Positions 13,051-27,114 of a stretch of DNA of 64,000 nt are shown piece after piece (position 1 is the stretch's first letter; the number at the start of each line of letters is the position of its first letter). This DNA comes from Nageia nagi (lineage: Eukaryota > Plantae > Pinophyta), in contig JBITNC010000001.1 in the NCBI GenBank assembly GCA_050084985.1, positions 126,108,001 to 126,172,000 of the forward strand. Reading direction: 5' to 3'. The notes beneath the pieces are model-generated. The model saw only the letters and a program-made list of their open reading frames with translations, searched no databases and was not told where the DNA came from. A program made the position numbers and the translations under genes.

Positions 13051-15226
13051 AGTATATATCTCATCACATAAAGGGCTACCAGAATTGATTGAATTATCTA
13101 GCTAAATTAATCCTCTTGCTAGTTGATTAATCTATCTTTGCATACTCTCAATAGTAGCCTGAATGTTATCATTGTTACTTCCATCACCATGATCAGCTCC
13201 TTCATTAGATGCTTTAGGTCCATCACACTAAATATCTCCTAAGAGCTCATCAAGATCTCTTCTTGAAAGACTTCACAAGAATACTCATAACTGATCCATG
13301 TCTGAAACAACTCACAAAATTGCTTATTAGTCCTAAATAAAACCCTAAGGTTTTAGCACAACTACTTATGTTTCACTTCGGGTTCACCAAAATGTTTACA
13401 AATAAAAGTATATTCAAGAATGAAAATAAATGAATATCTACAGTCCCAAAAGATACATATATCTATTTGTAAATTCTGAGCTAATGGATAGCAATTTATA
13501 ACAAGACATGCTGCTATAGAAGATAATGAATAATTGGAATCAAAATGACATTACCAAACAAGATTGAATTTGTGTACTTACCTCATATATTATACTTGAT
13601 ATGGATGAATAGAAGATACTAATGAAGCCTCAATAATGAATAGAGTCTACACCCAAAGTTATGGAGCAAGATGATCCAAAAAGAGGGTCGTAGGTGATCT
13701 ATTTCATGCTCAGAAGGAGTGTTGGTGGTTTGATTTTGTCTATAGAGGAGAGTCAATGATCTTTGTTAGATTGTAGTACAGTTTTAATTGACTCTATACC
13801 TTCACATGAACTCTCAATGGTCTCAATTTGATACTTGGATAAGCTTAGAATTGTCATGATACCCGCATAAGGAAGTACATAAACGCAACCTTGAATGGTA
13901 GTGTCAAGAGACACCTAAATGATTGCCATCATTAAGACCAGATATGGGATCATGTATCTCTTGATGTGGACTTACTATTAGATCTCTATTTATATAGATA
14001 ATAATATGATGTACTCCTTAGGTCAGCATGTACCTAATTAAATAAGAATATAATAAGTCGATGATATATATTGATCATATCCAAAATAACATTAATATTC
14101 TTGAACTAGATATATAAGTGTAGGCACATATTTTCTAATGTATTAAATTAAATGCATAAATTAATTTTAGGTGATAACACCATGATTTAGAGAAAATGCA
14201 TATAATAAATGCAACCAATTAATGATAGGGTGTACTCTCCTAAATGATGTCTTATAAAGGGAAGGGAGAGTTTAAGATATGCGGGATCATATGTTAGTAG
14301 ATATGTTAATTTGGATTACAAAACATACCTTAAGTTTCTTACATGGATACCAAGGGCTTTGAAAATGCTAGACGATGAGATTTTTGATCATGCAAGTCTT
14401 GACTCTATTGGTTTACCTTTGCATATATATTATTGGGTGATTATTTTTTTGATAAACTATTATTGGTATTATTTTATATGACATGATGAGAATAAGGTGG
14501 TTGACATTGTTTTGCTTGCAAAATTGTATTTTCTTGTTATAAAATATTTGTGCATAAGAACTTGAATATGTTTTTTCAATAAATTTATCTACATTATGCA
14601 TGCAAGTAATTTCTTCATGCTCTATAGGTTTTGCTATTAAGTTTAAGGGCATCCTTGTTGTGCTTGCATTGCAATCCATGAGACTATGTCCATATATTAT
14701 ATCTTATGAATCAATTTTGTACATGTTATGCTTTGTGGTGAGGTTTGAAATATTATGATGTTAATAGTCACCAACACTTTTTGTTTATACAAATAAATGA
14801 AACATAGTTTCCTTTTTACCTAAAACCTTAGATTAAAAATATGGTGATTATTTGAATAACTCGATGATTACTCATCCCTTCAATGATTTCAATTACTCTT
14901 TTAAAATTTTTTAACTCACATATATCAAGAATATACCTTTTTTTCAGCCATTATTATTGTAATTCTTTTCTAAAACATGTTGTTAGAATTATTATACCTA
15001 TTTTCCATCCATTGATATACTATTTTTCAATGTTTTTTCATGGATTATTGTAAAAAACTAACCAATAATTTTAATTATAATGAAAATTTGTACATTAATT
15101 TTTTTATTTTTTATTTTTTATACATCACTTTCTATTTGATTAGTCATTGATACATCAAATAATCATCGAATTGGCCCAAATGATTATTTAGCAAATCTGC
15201 TATTTAGACCTATGCCTGAAACAATA

Positions 15227-15287
15227 TTGCATCACCAATAATATTCATAAGAACATGTTGCATCACCAATAATATTCATAAGAACAT
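15227..15287. repeat. 31-bp tandem duplication
   Basis: TTGCATCACCAATAATATTCATAAGAACAT occurs twice in tandem. Confidence 0.9.
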
Positions 15288-16379
15288 TATCCATGTTTGA
15301 AATGATGGAATTAGTTTGCATCCCTTACAACAATATCCCTTCCTACAATGTTGGACATAAACTTTGTTGCAAATATGACAACCATTGCATATTCAAAGTT
15401 TGTACACAACTCTCATAACGGTTCAAGGGTAGTCTTTATCATCAAACTTCACATCACATAACATAGATATTATACATGGAATATACCCCATTACCTTTAT
15501 ATCAATCAACAATTTCTCCAATATTTCATACATATCCTATATTTGTGGCTTTGATCCATCTCCTACAAGAAAACCATGTACCTTTTTATCAATTTTAGTC
15601 CATAGAATCCGGTTATATTCCTCATTCCTCTATCTTGTTTTTATGCTTTACTTGATGAAGTGGTCAATTAGTTTTCATGTGGTCAAGTGTGTGTTTATTA
15701 TGCTTTACTTACGATTTATTATTTTGTTTATTTCTATCGTGTATCAATTGGACAAGTGTCTATAATGCCTTATTGTTATGCTTTGCTTAGTATTTATAAA
15801 GCATGTATTTTCTTGCATTGAATGATAATTGCCCCACCACTCCAATTTGTATTCTCTCCCTTGCTATGTATCCTTCCACATTTATTGGTTTTCATTACTT
15901 TACATCTCGTTATCTGAATGTTCCCATATTTTTTGGAGTCTTTGATTCCTTTTTGTAACCATCATGGATTCAAAGAATGAGTTGAAACATAACAAACGTA
16001 AGAAAAACCTATGGAGCATGAAGGAATTACCTATGGAAATATATTAAAATCAATTTAATTTTAGGTACTTTAAGATGTATTTAATTTTTTTGTTACTTGT
16101 CAAAAATTTACTACATATACATTTATGTATTTTGAATGTTTTTTCTTATACAATCAAACTCCTATTCTACTTTTATTGTATTGCATTATTCAAAATAATC
16201 ATTTGATTTAATTTTCAAGTATACATTCATATGAACTACTACATTGTCATAATATTAGAAATTGAATGTCCATGTGTCGTACCAGATGGAAAAACAATAT
16301 TGAATGCCCACATATATGTTCTTCTTGGTATTACAAGTTCACACCTAAATTCATATCTCCGTCCACCAACCATGATGGT

Positions 16380-17730
16380 TATGTAGGCTCCAATGGAATA
16401 CTAAGACCATCACCCAAATCTTTATCATCATTGACTAGCATTCGATGTTCAACACAATTATCTATACATTGTTGCATTTGGTAAGGTGTAATAGCTACAC
16501 TTGAGATACTAAGGATGTTCTGCATTACAAAAGCACCCTCAATTTCCATGAATTTATAAGTATTACTTGGATGCATATCATCTACCAATGTATTAGGATT
16601 TAATTGCCATATCTCGGTCCTTTTGAAACCTATGGTGATGTTAGAGGGTGTCAATTCTCTCAACAAGGACTTGTTACCAAGTTTAGCCAATTCTTCCCTT
16701 GTACTTTCAATGTTAGGAAACCTTTTCATACATGATGCTCATTCATATTTGAAGTATTTTTTTAAGGGTAAAAATATGCTAACATCTAATGGCTATAACT
16801 TGTGTGATGTGCATGGAAAATGTTAGCAACTCAATACCCAACATCCTTACCTTTTGTATTGTTGGTAGGGTAGTATGGAAACCATGGCCATCAAATATGA
16901 GTAAGAACCTATTTGTTGGTGACACTCCTTTAGGAACTAAACATATAAAGTGGTGTAACTAGTTTAAGAACAAATGTTTGGTCATCCATGTGCATATGGT
17001 TGGGATACCATACAAGTGTCTAGTTCACAACTTGAAATGTAATTTTGTAAGTGCCTCTTTCCCTTAAATAGGTAAAACTTTGGTATACTTTTACCACCAA
17101 CATTAACACAATATAGAATAGTGATCTATTCTTGACTATTCAAAAAAATGTATGACACATTTCTACTTCCTCTTTTTGCCAACACCCTCATTATACCATT
17201 TCTACTAGCTTGAATACCCATCTCATCACAATTCCATATTCATTGAGAACCATATAGGTTTACATCATATGTTTTTGAAAGAGTCTTGTAAAATTTAGAT
17301 ATAACACCATGCCTAAGGTTGAGTTCCCTATCCATGTCAATGCCTTTAGTTGTGCATAACATCAATTTTAGATGTCAACTCTTAAAACATATCCATGAGG
17401 ACTTACTAATCATTCCATATTTGAAAGGTTCAATCCATTCTAGTAAATATGGGCTAACTATATCTTGAAATTGAAAATCTCAAGGCCATGTCCAACTAAG
17501 CCATGTCTTTGCACCATTCACCAATTTTTCCCACTTCTTCTATAATGAGGATAATTAGAGGACCTTTCTTGGATGTGGATGAAACCCCACCTAACTAGTT
17601 GGTGAGCATTGTTATTGGGATTATCCACTTATTTTCTATAGCCCTTGTTGACATCCTATTCTTCTCCATATTATGAAGAGCTTGAGTCATGTCCTCTATA
17701 GACCACTCTCATTCTCTTGTTATTCTTCTT
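16380..17730 (-). pseudogene. pogo/Tc5-like (HTH + DDE_1) transposase, degenerate
   Basis: Minus-strand motifs IWNCDEMGIQ, GVSPTNRFLLIFDGHG, TSHKL*PLDVSIF and NITIGFKRTEIWQLNP, with many stops and frameshifts. A 16-bp inverted repeat at 15310-15325 and 18119-18134 may be TIR remnants. Confidence 0.85.
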
Positions 17731-20700
17731 TGCCTTGTGGGTGTAACAAGTATGTCCACCACTATGTCAATAGGTTCTAGGATAATAGGTTTTGGGATGT
17801 TCTCTAATTGAATTAGTAGATATTTTGGTGAATCTTCATCATCAAGATTCAATTGACCACCTCTATTATGGTCAATCAACCTTGTTGATGCTCTCTTTAT
17901 AATTGATCATCTTCTTCTCAATGTATGTGTAACCTACAATATGCAACATGCACAAATTAAAAAATAGAGTCCATTTGTACAAATATAGACATGAAATTAA
18001 AATAATTTTCTTAATTCATGATTAATAATTTAGCATAGATAAAAAAATAAAATATGTATGGATGCCAAATGAAACAAAGTATTTTGAAAACATAGGAAAC
18101 TTCAGAGGATGAAATGATAGGGATGCAAACCAATAACATTCCAACTTAGGATCAACAATATCTTAATTTAAGTACTTAAATAAGGATGATCCAAGAATAA
18201 ACACTTAAAATAAGTTGAATTACTTAAATAAGGAGCAATATATCTTAATTGAAGTCATTTCTCCTCTTTTTATTAGGTCTAGTAAAACTAGCTATAACAT
18301 CATCTACATATTTATTCAAACAATCCAAAATCAAAATTGAAAGCCTTATACTCATATAGGTAGGAGTTGCAACCAAATATGGTAGGAATAAATTGTGTCA
18401 CAACCACAATGAAGAATAACCACCTTGATCATATGTGCCATGCAAGAAGAGTAAATGTGGAAGGACATATAACCAAAGGAAGAATATGTATTGGACTAGT
18501 AGGATGTTGTGCATTTAATGGAACCACTTGTTGATCAAAGGACACCCATAAATGTACCTATTGTTAGGTCTATTATGTGAACCAATGGGATGGGACTGAT
18601 TGATGATCGATCAACTCATTGGAAATAAGTAATAGTGACACATCTAATCAATCTGATATATACATGTGGCAAAAGAGATATGATAGGGTTGAAACAAAAT
18701 TACCATCATACATATTGTTATGTTGATGTGTCAATCAAATTTTAATGATTTTTTCATCCATGTGGTACTCTACCTAGACATGTAAAATGATGATGCATCA
18801 CTTATATTAATCTATGAATTGTCAAGCATATTTTCTCTAGCCATTAATTGTATATCATATAATCATTTCATTCCATTTACTAATAATTGCATCATGCATA
18901 TTGTCAATAATTTTGAGACCGTGTATAATCTTTCATATTTTGCATACATTCCTATGAGGGCATTCACAATCATAACATTTAGTAAAAACCATTTTCAACT
19001 ATTATTTGATTGATGCCCATACCTTATTCTAGACTCACATGTTAGCACATGGTTGAAGAAATGTTGGCAAAGATTATAGAGTGGGGAGGTGGGCACATTT
19101 GATGCTACTATTATTGTTGTTTGTTGCATTTAATGAAATAATGTAGACTCCTTACATTGGCTAGAACTATATTAGCATTATATGTATATACTGCAATCAT
19201 TGCAGTACATGATCATATATTTGCATCTTGCATGTTATAAACAATTCATGTATAATTTATATATGCTTATAAAATTTCCATACATGTTTACTAGTTTTTT
19301 GCACTACTAGAATATGTGACAAAACTAACTCTTTTTTATTATTTATCTAGTAAGGTACATGCTTTGAGGATATAGAGAAAATATTATATATGATTGGTAT
19401 ACTAATATGCATAACATTCCAACAAAGCATTACATGGATGCATGCCAAAAACATACTTGAGAAACTGAAACACAAAACAAATAAATAAAAAATACCTACT
19501 TGATATGCAATACAAATAAATAGAAAACACCTAATCAGAAATACATAATATAAATAAATTCCAAGGATAGCATAATAAACACTTGACCACTTGAAAACTA
19601 TGTCATCTCTTTTGCTACCTTTTTTTTGCTTTCACTTTCAATGCTTTATCTCGACTATTGATATGCAAAATAAATAAGCAAAAAATATTTGATTTATAAA
19701 TCCCAAGCAAATCATAACAATAAGTCATAATAAACACTTATCCAACTGATATGTAATACAAATAAAAAAAAAAACTTGCATTATAAATCCTAAGAAAATA
19801 ATAAGAAAAGAGGGTAACAAAAACTTACTCAAATAATGGACACCTCTTTGCTCTCCTCTACTACTCTTTCCAATTCAAAGAGTTCAAATGATCTCTTCTG
19901 CTACTTTTTCCAATTAATATGGGAATGTTTGAAATTTGAATTTAAGAAATTCATTAACATTGATTAGATATTTAGGTTTGTGTTGATTCATGCATAGTTT
20001 CTTATATTTCAAATTAGAGCTATGGTGGTCTTATAGAACTTATTTGATGTATGCAAGTTAGAGAAATGTTGGCAAGATGAGACAATTGGATTTTATTTGA
20101 ATTAAAAATGCCACATGTTTTTGTGAATATGGGTGCACATTGTGTTTTTAATTTGAGTCTATGATGGGAGTTTTTAATTTTGATCATTTTCACTTGGCAA
20201 TTTATTATGGAGAATTAATATCATGTGTTAGGACAAAAAGTGATATTTTTGGATTTTGTTGGGCTGCTTTCTTGGAAGCCATGCTTGTATCTTATACAAG
20301 TTGGGCTATGTAATATTCCTATAAGATGCTTATTTAATTTTGATTTATATGGGTGATAGGAATGATGTATTTATAAAGTTAATATTAGAATACTTATGAA
20401 ATTACACTTTGATTCCATTCACTAACTCATCCGTGTTTGTTTTAATTTTAGTAAAAGTTAATATTAATTTCATGGATGCTCTGGTGTGGGTCCCAAGGGG
20501 GCCTACTAATATCCCAATTTTGATCCTCTCTCCACTATGGGGCCCTTTTGCCTATATTATCTCATTTAGATATTTTTATATCTTTAATATTAAGCTATAT
20601 TAATTTGGTATTTTCAAGAATTTTGTTCAAAGGATTTTTATTTATTAATTTAAATGAAATTTATTTTATGAATAAAATAACATATGGTTAAGTGCAAGAA

Positions 20701-21364
20701 GATGGGTCTACTTAATATGGACATCTTCAATTAAAAATAAATGGTAGACTAAAATGAACTTTAGTTTTTAAAGACCAAAATTTCATTTCTTTTTGCCTCT
20801 CAAACCGAAATGAAATGAAATTTTGGTCTTTAAAAACTGAAATTTCATTTTTGTTTGGCATCTTCAGCCAAAAATAAAATTTTAATTCTTAAAAAATGAA
20901 ATTTTGGTTTTAAAAAATAAAATTTTGATTCTTAAGAACTGAAATTTTATTTTGTAGAACTATAAACCCTATGAAAATAGCACCAACTAAGGAGGACCAA
21001 AAAAATGTGATTTCAATATAAGGAGGGCCACCACAATGCTCCTATGCCTTACATCTACCACATGATCTTTTTCAGCTCTCTGGATACCCTATTTCTTTTT
21101 TTTTTATTTGCAAAAATACTTTAAAAATTAGTTTTTTAGGTTTCTTAGTTTTTTGGGTGTGTAGTTTAATTTAGTTTTTTTATTTAAGAATTTAGTGTAC
21201 TTTAATTTTTGCATTTCATGCTTTTCTTACAAAATTAGTTTAGTTTAATTTAAAAAATGAATAATTAAACATTAAAAATTTAATAGTTTACTTAACTTTA
21301 ATCAAACTACATATTGTAAAACAAAAAACAAGTAGCCTTTTTCAACTAAACAAACCAACACTGA

Positions 21365-21680
21365 TCATCATGTATACAATAACAACATTTACCATTTTTT
21401 CAACTTCAACCAAACGTTGAATCATACAAGAAAAACATGTACCCTTTTGTCAACTTCAATTTGGAACACTTTTCATCTCATACAAGAAAAATGTTTACCC
21501 TTTTAGAGCAACTTCAACCCAATATAGTAGGCTCATATAAGAAAAATATGTCCCTTTTGTAAACTTTAATCCAAGATTGATCATCTTATGAAAGAAAAAC
21601 ATTTACCCTTTTGTCAACTTTAATCCAACACTAGCTCATACAAGAAACATATGTACCCTTTGGTCAAATTGAATCCAACT
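21365..21680. repeat. Degenerate ~60-bp tandem array (5-6 units)
   Basis: Recurring CATACAAGAAAAACATGTACCCTTTTGTCAACTTCAA. A further unit at ~23788-23830 suggests the ~21.7-23.75 kb segment is a later insertion. Confidence 0.75.
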
Positions 21681-24600
21681 ATTCTTCATTAATGTTCTTA
21701 CTCTTTGAATATTATCGCAAGCACCCACTTCAACATAAATATTTGAAAGAAGAATGGAACACACACATTTGAATCTTAAATTTGTAGGCTCCAATGAAAA
21801 AATTATTGTTGCAACAAATTTACCTTTTCTTACTACCCATTTCCATCTAGAGGGCTATTCCCTTAAACACTACTCTTGCCAAGTAGTAAAATGGTTGGTT
21901 GTTTATCCTTGTGGTTTAGTGAAGGCTTTCACCATACTCCCTTTATAGTATGTGATCAACCCATATGCCAAAAACACCTAGGATACCTTTGGATGTTCTA
22001 TTAAAATTTAGCTTAAGATATCATATGTCTAGATGTATCCACTTCACATCAATTCTCAAAGGCTTTGGTGGGTCATTCTAAACTATAAATCACTAATTCC
22101 TTAAGACTTCCCCCTCACAAACCATCTCCCTAAACCCTTTAAAATTAATGATTTGTACATTCTCAAAGGTGACACTACATATCTTAGAATTCATACTATA
22201 CTCAAATAACCTTTTCTCTGACCTTTAAATATTAGTTATTATACTCTTTGAAAATTCCCCATAGGAAGTGTGGAAAGGCTAATTCCCAAAGCTTATTAAT
22301 TATCTTACTATTAAAAGAAATTCCCCCTAATATAAACTTAGGTCAAAGATCAATCTTGGAATGATCCAAATAATTTTTAATTTACTAAGGATATGGTTGA
22401 GTACTAACCTACATGTAAAAGGGTAAGTAACAATAAGAAGATTCACTAGTTCTTTAAATCATTCACATAAGTAAAATCTATTGGGAAAACAAAAGTCTTT
22501 TACTTGTATGTTATCAAGTGTTAAAATATTATCCTTCAAAGTAAACCATAAGAAAATAAATATCTTGGGGATTAAATCCTTCACCTATATTACTTCCCAT
22601 GCTTGAAAACCCTCATTACTTTCCTTAACAAGGAAATACCCTCATCTCATTGATACTTAATAATGCTAATCTTCCTAAATAAAATAGTTCAATTGGGATC
22701 TTATAACATAAATATTTAGGAACCTCTTTAGTGAACTAATATTTTACCTTGTCATACCTTAAAGAGGCCTTCTATTCTAATATATTTCTAATTCTTAAGA
22801 TCTCTAATTTGTAGGGCATGTATAATATTCAACCATCTCTCCATAATACTAAGATACTAACAAATAAAGCTTGGCATACTCACAATGATTGTAAATGGGA
22901 ACCTTTAGTAACCATATGTCTTTCCAAAAGCATGTTAACCTACCATAACCTATAAGCCATCTTTTTCCTCTTCTAAGAAACTACTTTATGGATTGAATTA
23001 TTGACCAAAAGGATTCAACACAACCCTTAAATTATCCTCTTTAAAGAAGGTGGAGTTTTGAAGATATTTATCTCTTACAATATTCACCTAATGGAGGTTT
23101 TATGTCTTGGCCACTTTCCAACCTAGCTTTCCTATGAGGGAAAGGTTTATTTTCTTACATGTTAGATATTTATCTCTTACAATATTTTAAAGTTGAATTA
23201 ATTAATTTTTCCTTCTCTAATTGACTCAAAAGAGAACATTTTCATATTACCAATTTCTTTTATATTCTCTCCAATACTAGGTTCCATAAGTTTTATTTCA
23301 TCCTTCCTTATTGATATCTAAGAACCCTACAAGAACAAAACGAGTTAGTGGGTAATCTCTAATTCTAGGTCTTTGAGACCCTAGACCCACACAAGTCTAG
23401 GGTGAAATCCTATCTCAACATGTAAGTAGGCCTCTATACAGTTCTTAATCAAGAGGATAGTAGAAATCAAATAGATGCCTATTCCTACATGCATAAATGA
23501 TATGATTCATCAAAAATGCTTAGATAATTATTGTTGCAAAACCCTAGGACATTAAACAAGATTGAAATATTAGAAATTAATCAAGCAATCTAATGATTCT
23601 TTATGAATAAATAAGAATTAACAAAAATGATCAATGGAAGTGCTAAATAATGATAAAGAATGATATGGGTATGTATAATTAAGAAAACCCTAACCTAGCT
23701 CTAAGGAACTAGGATGAGTTTAACTTAAATGCAAGCTATATGTATACAATAGTATAAGTAAATAAATATACACTTTAACCCTTTTCTTATAAAAACATGT
23801 ATCCTTTTGTCTTGACTTCAATCCAACTACATCTAGGTGTCTTGAATGAACATTAATTATTTTACATATTGTGATGAATTAGGGATTATTTTACATATTG
23901 TAATGCATTAGAGATTATCATATTGAATATCATTTGTATTTACATTGTTTATTTTTAACATTTATATTTATAGAGCATGTATTGAATATCATGTATTATT
24001 CATATTCTTTTGAGATAATTTTGCTTTCATAGATTAGATTATGTATATTCAATTAAGTTTATATTACTTTGTAATTTGAATTTATATATACATGTGCCCT
24101 TGGTTTAGATTTAGTAAATTGTTAATGTTGTAGGTTGTACCTTTTCTTATCATGGATCCTCTATTTCCACCTTCTCCACATCATGAAAACCCCCAATCTC
24201 CACCCCATAGTCCATATCATGATAAACCCCTAAAGGCATCCTTTAGTCCACCTCATGGAAACAACCCACCCCCTTAGTTAGATGAGGATCACCTTAAGAG
24301 CAACTATTACTTAAAATTTCAATGTATTACAAGGTACAATTACTGCATTCCATACTCCTAGTAGAGATCTTTCCCCCCATATGTCATGGTTTGTATCTAT
24401 GATGTAGACCATAGTTTATATTGTTATGTCCTTAGATAAGGGTATTGATCATTATCGTACATCACAAGAGGAGGTTATATGGTTTTATGTAGATGGTAGA
24501 TAAATGACCTAAAAATTTCTAGACAAACAATATCTAAGTACTTCATTGATTCCAAAACCAATAAGCCCATCTTACCTAGTAAATAAAGAATTAGTATTAG

Positions 24601-26913
24601 GTGGTGTACCCATCTTGAGATAGCCTATGAGTTTTGGGATAGATGGTGGATGTTATTCAATCAGGCCCAACATGGAAATGGGAGAGATATCCCATTATAT
24701 TTTTTGAAGAAACTGCATATAGAGTTTGTGTTAAATTAAAAACCAAACTACTTTGATATTAGACCATATCATAGTATTGGTCTTGGTTATCCATAGTATA
24801 GGCTAGGTAAATAGGTCGATCCTAATTGTCCTACATGTGTTACACCTCTTATCCCTTTTGCTGGATATATTATTCCTACTATTGTTCTTAGTTCTATAAT
24901 GGTTTTAGTGTTAAAGGGATTGAGTCTGCTATTAGGTACTCTCACTAAACAAGCTACCAATGTGGTAGTTGATTTCAATGAGAACATGAGGAGGATTTGA
25001 TGGAGAGGGGTATAGTAGCTTGTAGGTGATGATGCCTAACACCTACCAGCATTGCCACAAGATGTGTTTTAGGACCACTCTATGTGTAGGTGTAGTAGAG
25101 ACTGATCATGACAATTTTATGCAAATGTTATTAGGTGGTTATCCTTCTAGTACACAAGTGAATTTCATGTGTTTTTTAAGGCACATATTTTATACTTAAT
25201 AAGGATAATTTTATACAATTAATATATCAATCTTATGGTATCATGGACATTGTTATGGACTATGGATGTTATTACTAACATTAATATGGACTATGGAATA
25301 TACATTATTTTTTGATATATATGCATGATTTTATCATAGATTTTTGGGGAGGCATATCAATGAATTACATGTTATTTTGATATTTTTATGTTGTTATATT
25401 CAACATACATGAATAATTTAATGTACACCAAGTTAAATTATGATATGGTAATTTAGTAATTATGTTAAGGGAATTCAATGATTATGATATGGAAATTTTT
25501 AAAAATACCAAGTTAATCTAGGAGACTTAGCTCATAATAAAAATTTATTTAATCTAGGTACACAAAATATAAAATAACTTGTAAATTATCAATTTCCTAT
25601 ACAACATTCTCTATTCTTTAAAGTAAATAAGTTAGCTGATAAGTTAAAAGAATTTATTATGGTATGATGTTTAGATTCCTTAGAAATTATCACTAGGGGA
25701 AAATTTTAATTTTGATATAAGGTTCTTGTAGATAATTATCTGAATAAATAATCAACTATATTGGATTACTTTTACACATTAGATCTCATACTAAGTTAGG
25801 TCTTAGAATACATTAACAATATCTTAATAAGTTTATCAAATATTCCAAGATTTTATCTTATGAATGTACTATATGCTCAATGGTAAGTTGAAAATACACT
25901 CATAAAATTCAAATTCCAAGGTATAAACTAGCTCTGCAAATAGGTTTTCCAAAAGTAATTCAAGATATGGAAGAAGGAGAGATTATAGAACTAATCCTTA
26001 AGCAATCCCAATAACAAGTAGTACCATATCGAGATAGTGACACCCAGTACAAGAGTCCAAAGTAGGAGATAACCCTTCCAACTCTAGAAATTCCTACATA
26101 GTAATATTTATAAATGCTTACACCTAGAACTAGAATATTAAACCTCCCAATATAACTTATTTAAAAAAAAAAGGCTTCCTCTTCAAGGCATCCTACTAAA
26201 ACCTTCATAACATAAATTTTAGATATAGATATTAAAAAATAAACATTATCTAACTAGGGACTACGACTCTTAGAAAATGAGGTAGAGAAAGAGGAAGGAA
26301 CCCAAATAGTTAACAGGATGATATATTCCTCCCTAATGTTACATGATACATTATAGATTCCTCACTAATTTTAATAAGATGATAGGAAGAAAATATTAAC
26401 AAATCTAGATGATGAAGATCATCTTCTAAAGTATAAGATGCCTAAATGATAAAAAAATATATATTGAAAATAATTTTGACCACAAATCAAATTCTCTTAT
26501 AGGAAAAAAAATAGAATAGGCAAATTTATATATATTTAAGTAATTTGGAAAGATGCATATATTTTATTTCTAATCATGCTCAATAAGCCTTATGTGATTT
26601 ATTTTATATACGTGACTATAATAAGTTAGTTTAATGATGATTCACCAATATGTTATTCTCTTACAAACTTTCTAGTATCAAATATAAACTAATAATGATA
26701 ATATAAGACAAAAAATTTTAAGAACTAGTAAGGAATAGAATAAGGACTAAAGATAAGACAACCTTAACAATGTTGAAAAGTTTATTATTAATCAAATTCA
26801 AAGTGCATTCATCATAGAATTATTGGTTCAATTTGAGCCCTTATTTTTCCTTATCAAATTACCTAAGGATAGAAGTTTATATGTACATAATATCATTTAA
26901 TTTAGAAGGTACA

Positions 26914-26986
26914 TGATATCTAAGGGAATCAAACCCATCACCACTTGGTTAAAAGCCACACAATCTACCAATTGAGCTAAGATAGT
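26914..26986 (-). pseudogene. tRNA-Lys(UUU) pseudogene
   Basis: 73 nt ACTATCTTAGCTCAATTGGTAGATTGTGTGGCTTTTAACCAAGTGGTGATGGGTTTGATTCCCTTAGATATCA, colinear with plant cytosolic tRNA-Lys(UUU). A-box and CTTTTAA anticodon loop are intact. The T-loop (GTTCGA>GTTTGA) and stems are decayed mostly by C>T/G>A changes. Confidence 0.85.
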
Positions 26987-26987
26987 T

Positions 26988-27068
26988 GAGGGGAAGGGGA
27001 TGGGAGGAGAAGGGGAGAAAGGGAGGGAGAAGAGGAGGAGGAAAGGGGTTAGGGATTAGGGATTAGGG
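26988..27068 (+). repeat. Polypurine tract ending in telomere-like (A)TTAGGG repeats, G-quadruplex-capable
   Basis: About 60 nt almost purely G/A, then GGGGTTAGGGATTAGGGATTAGGG. Confidence 0.8.
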
Positions 27069-27114
27069 ATAAGAATATTAAGTTATAAATAAGTACTTGT
27101 ATTTTTTAGTTTAT

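Noticed and set aside
13060-14179. Possible reverse-orientation solo LTR ending in ...GGTGATAACA
   Set aside because: LTR-like in character, but the other terminus and a TSD could not be identified.
21365-21680. Regularly spaced repeats as a CRISPR-like array
   Set aside because: Eukaryotic TE context, degenerate full-unit tandem repeats without unique spacers, and no cas genes.
21700-25400. Decayed Tat/Ogre-like and MULE-like coding fragments
   Set aside because: They look TE-derived, but no diagnostic motif or boundary could be read with confidence.
27045-27068. True interstitial telomere
   Set aside because: Only three variant units (TTAGGG/ATTAGGG), too short. Kept only as a G-rich tract.
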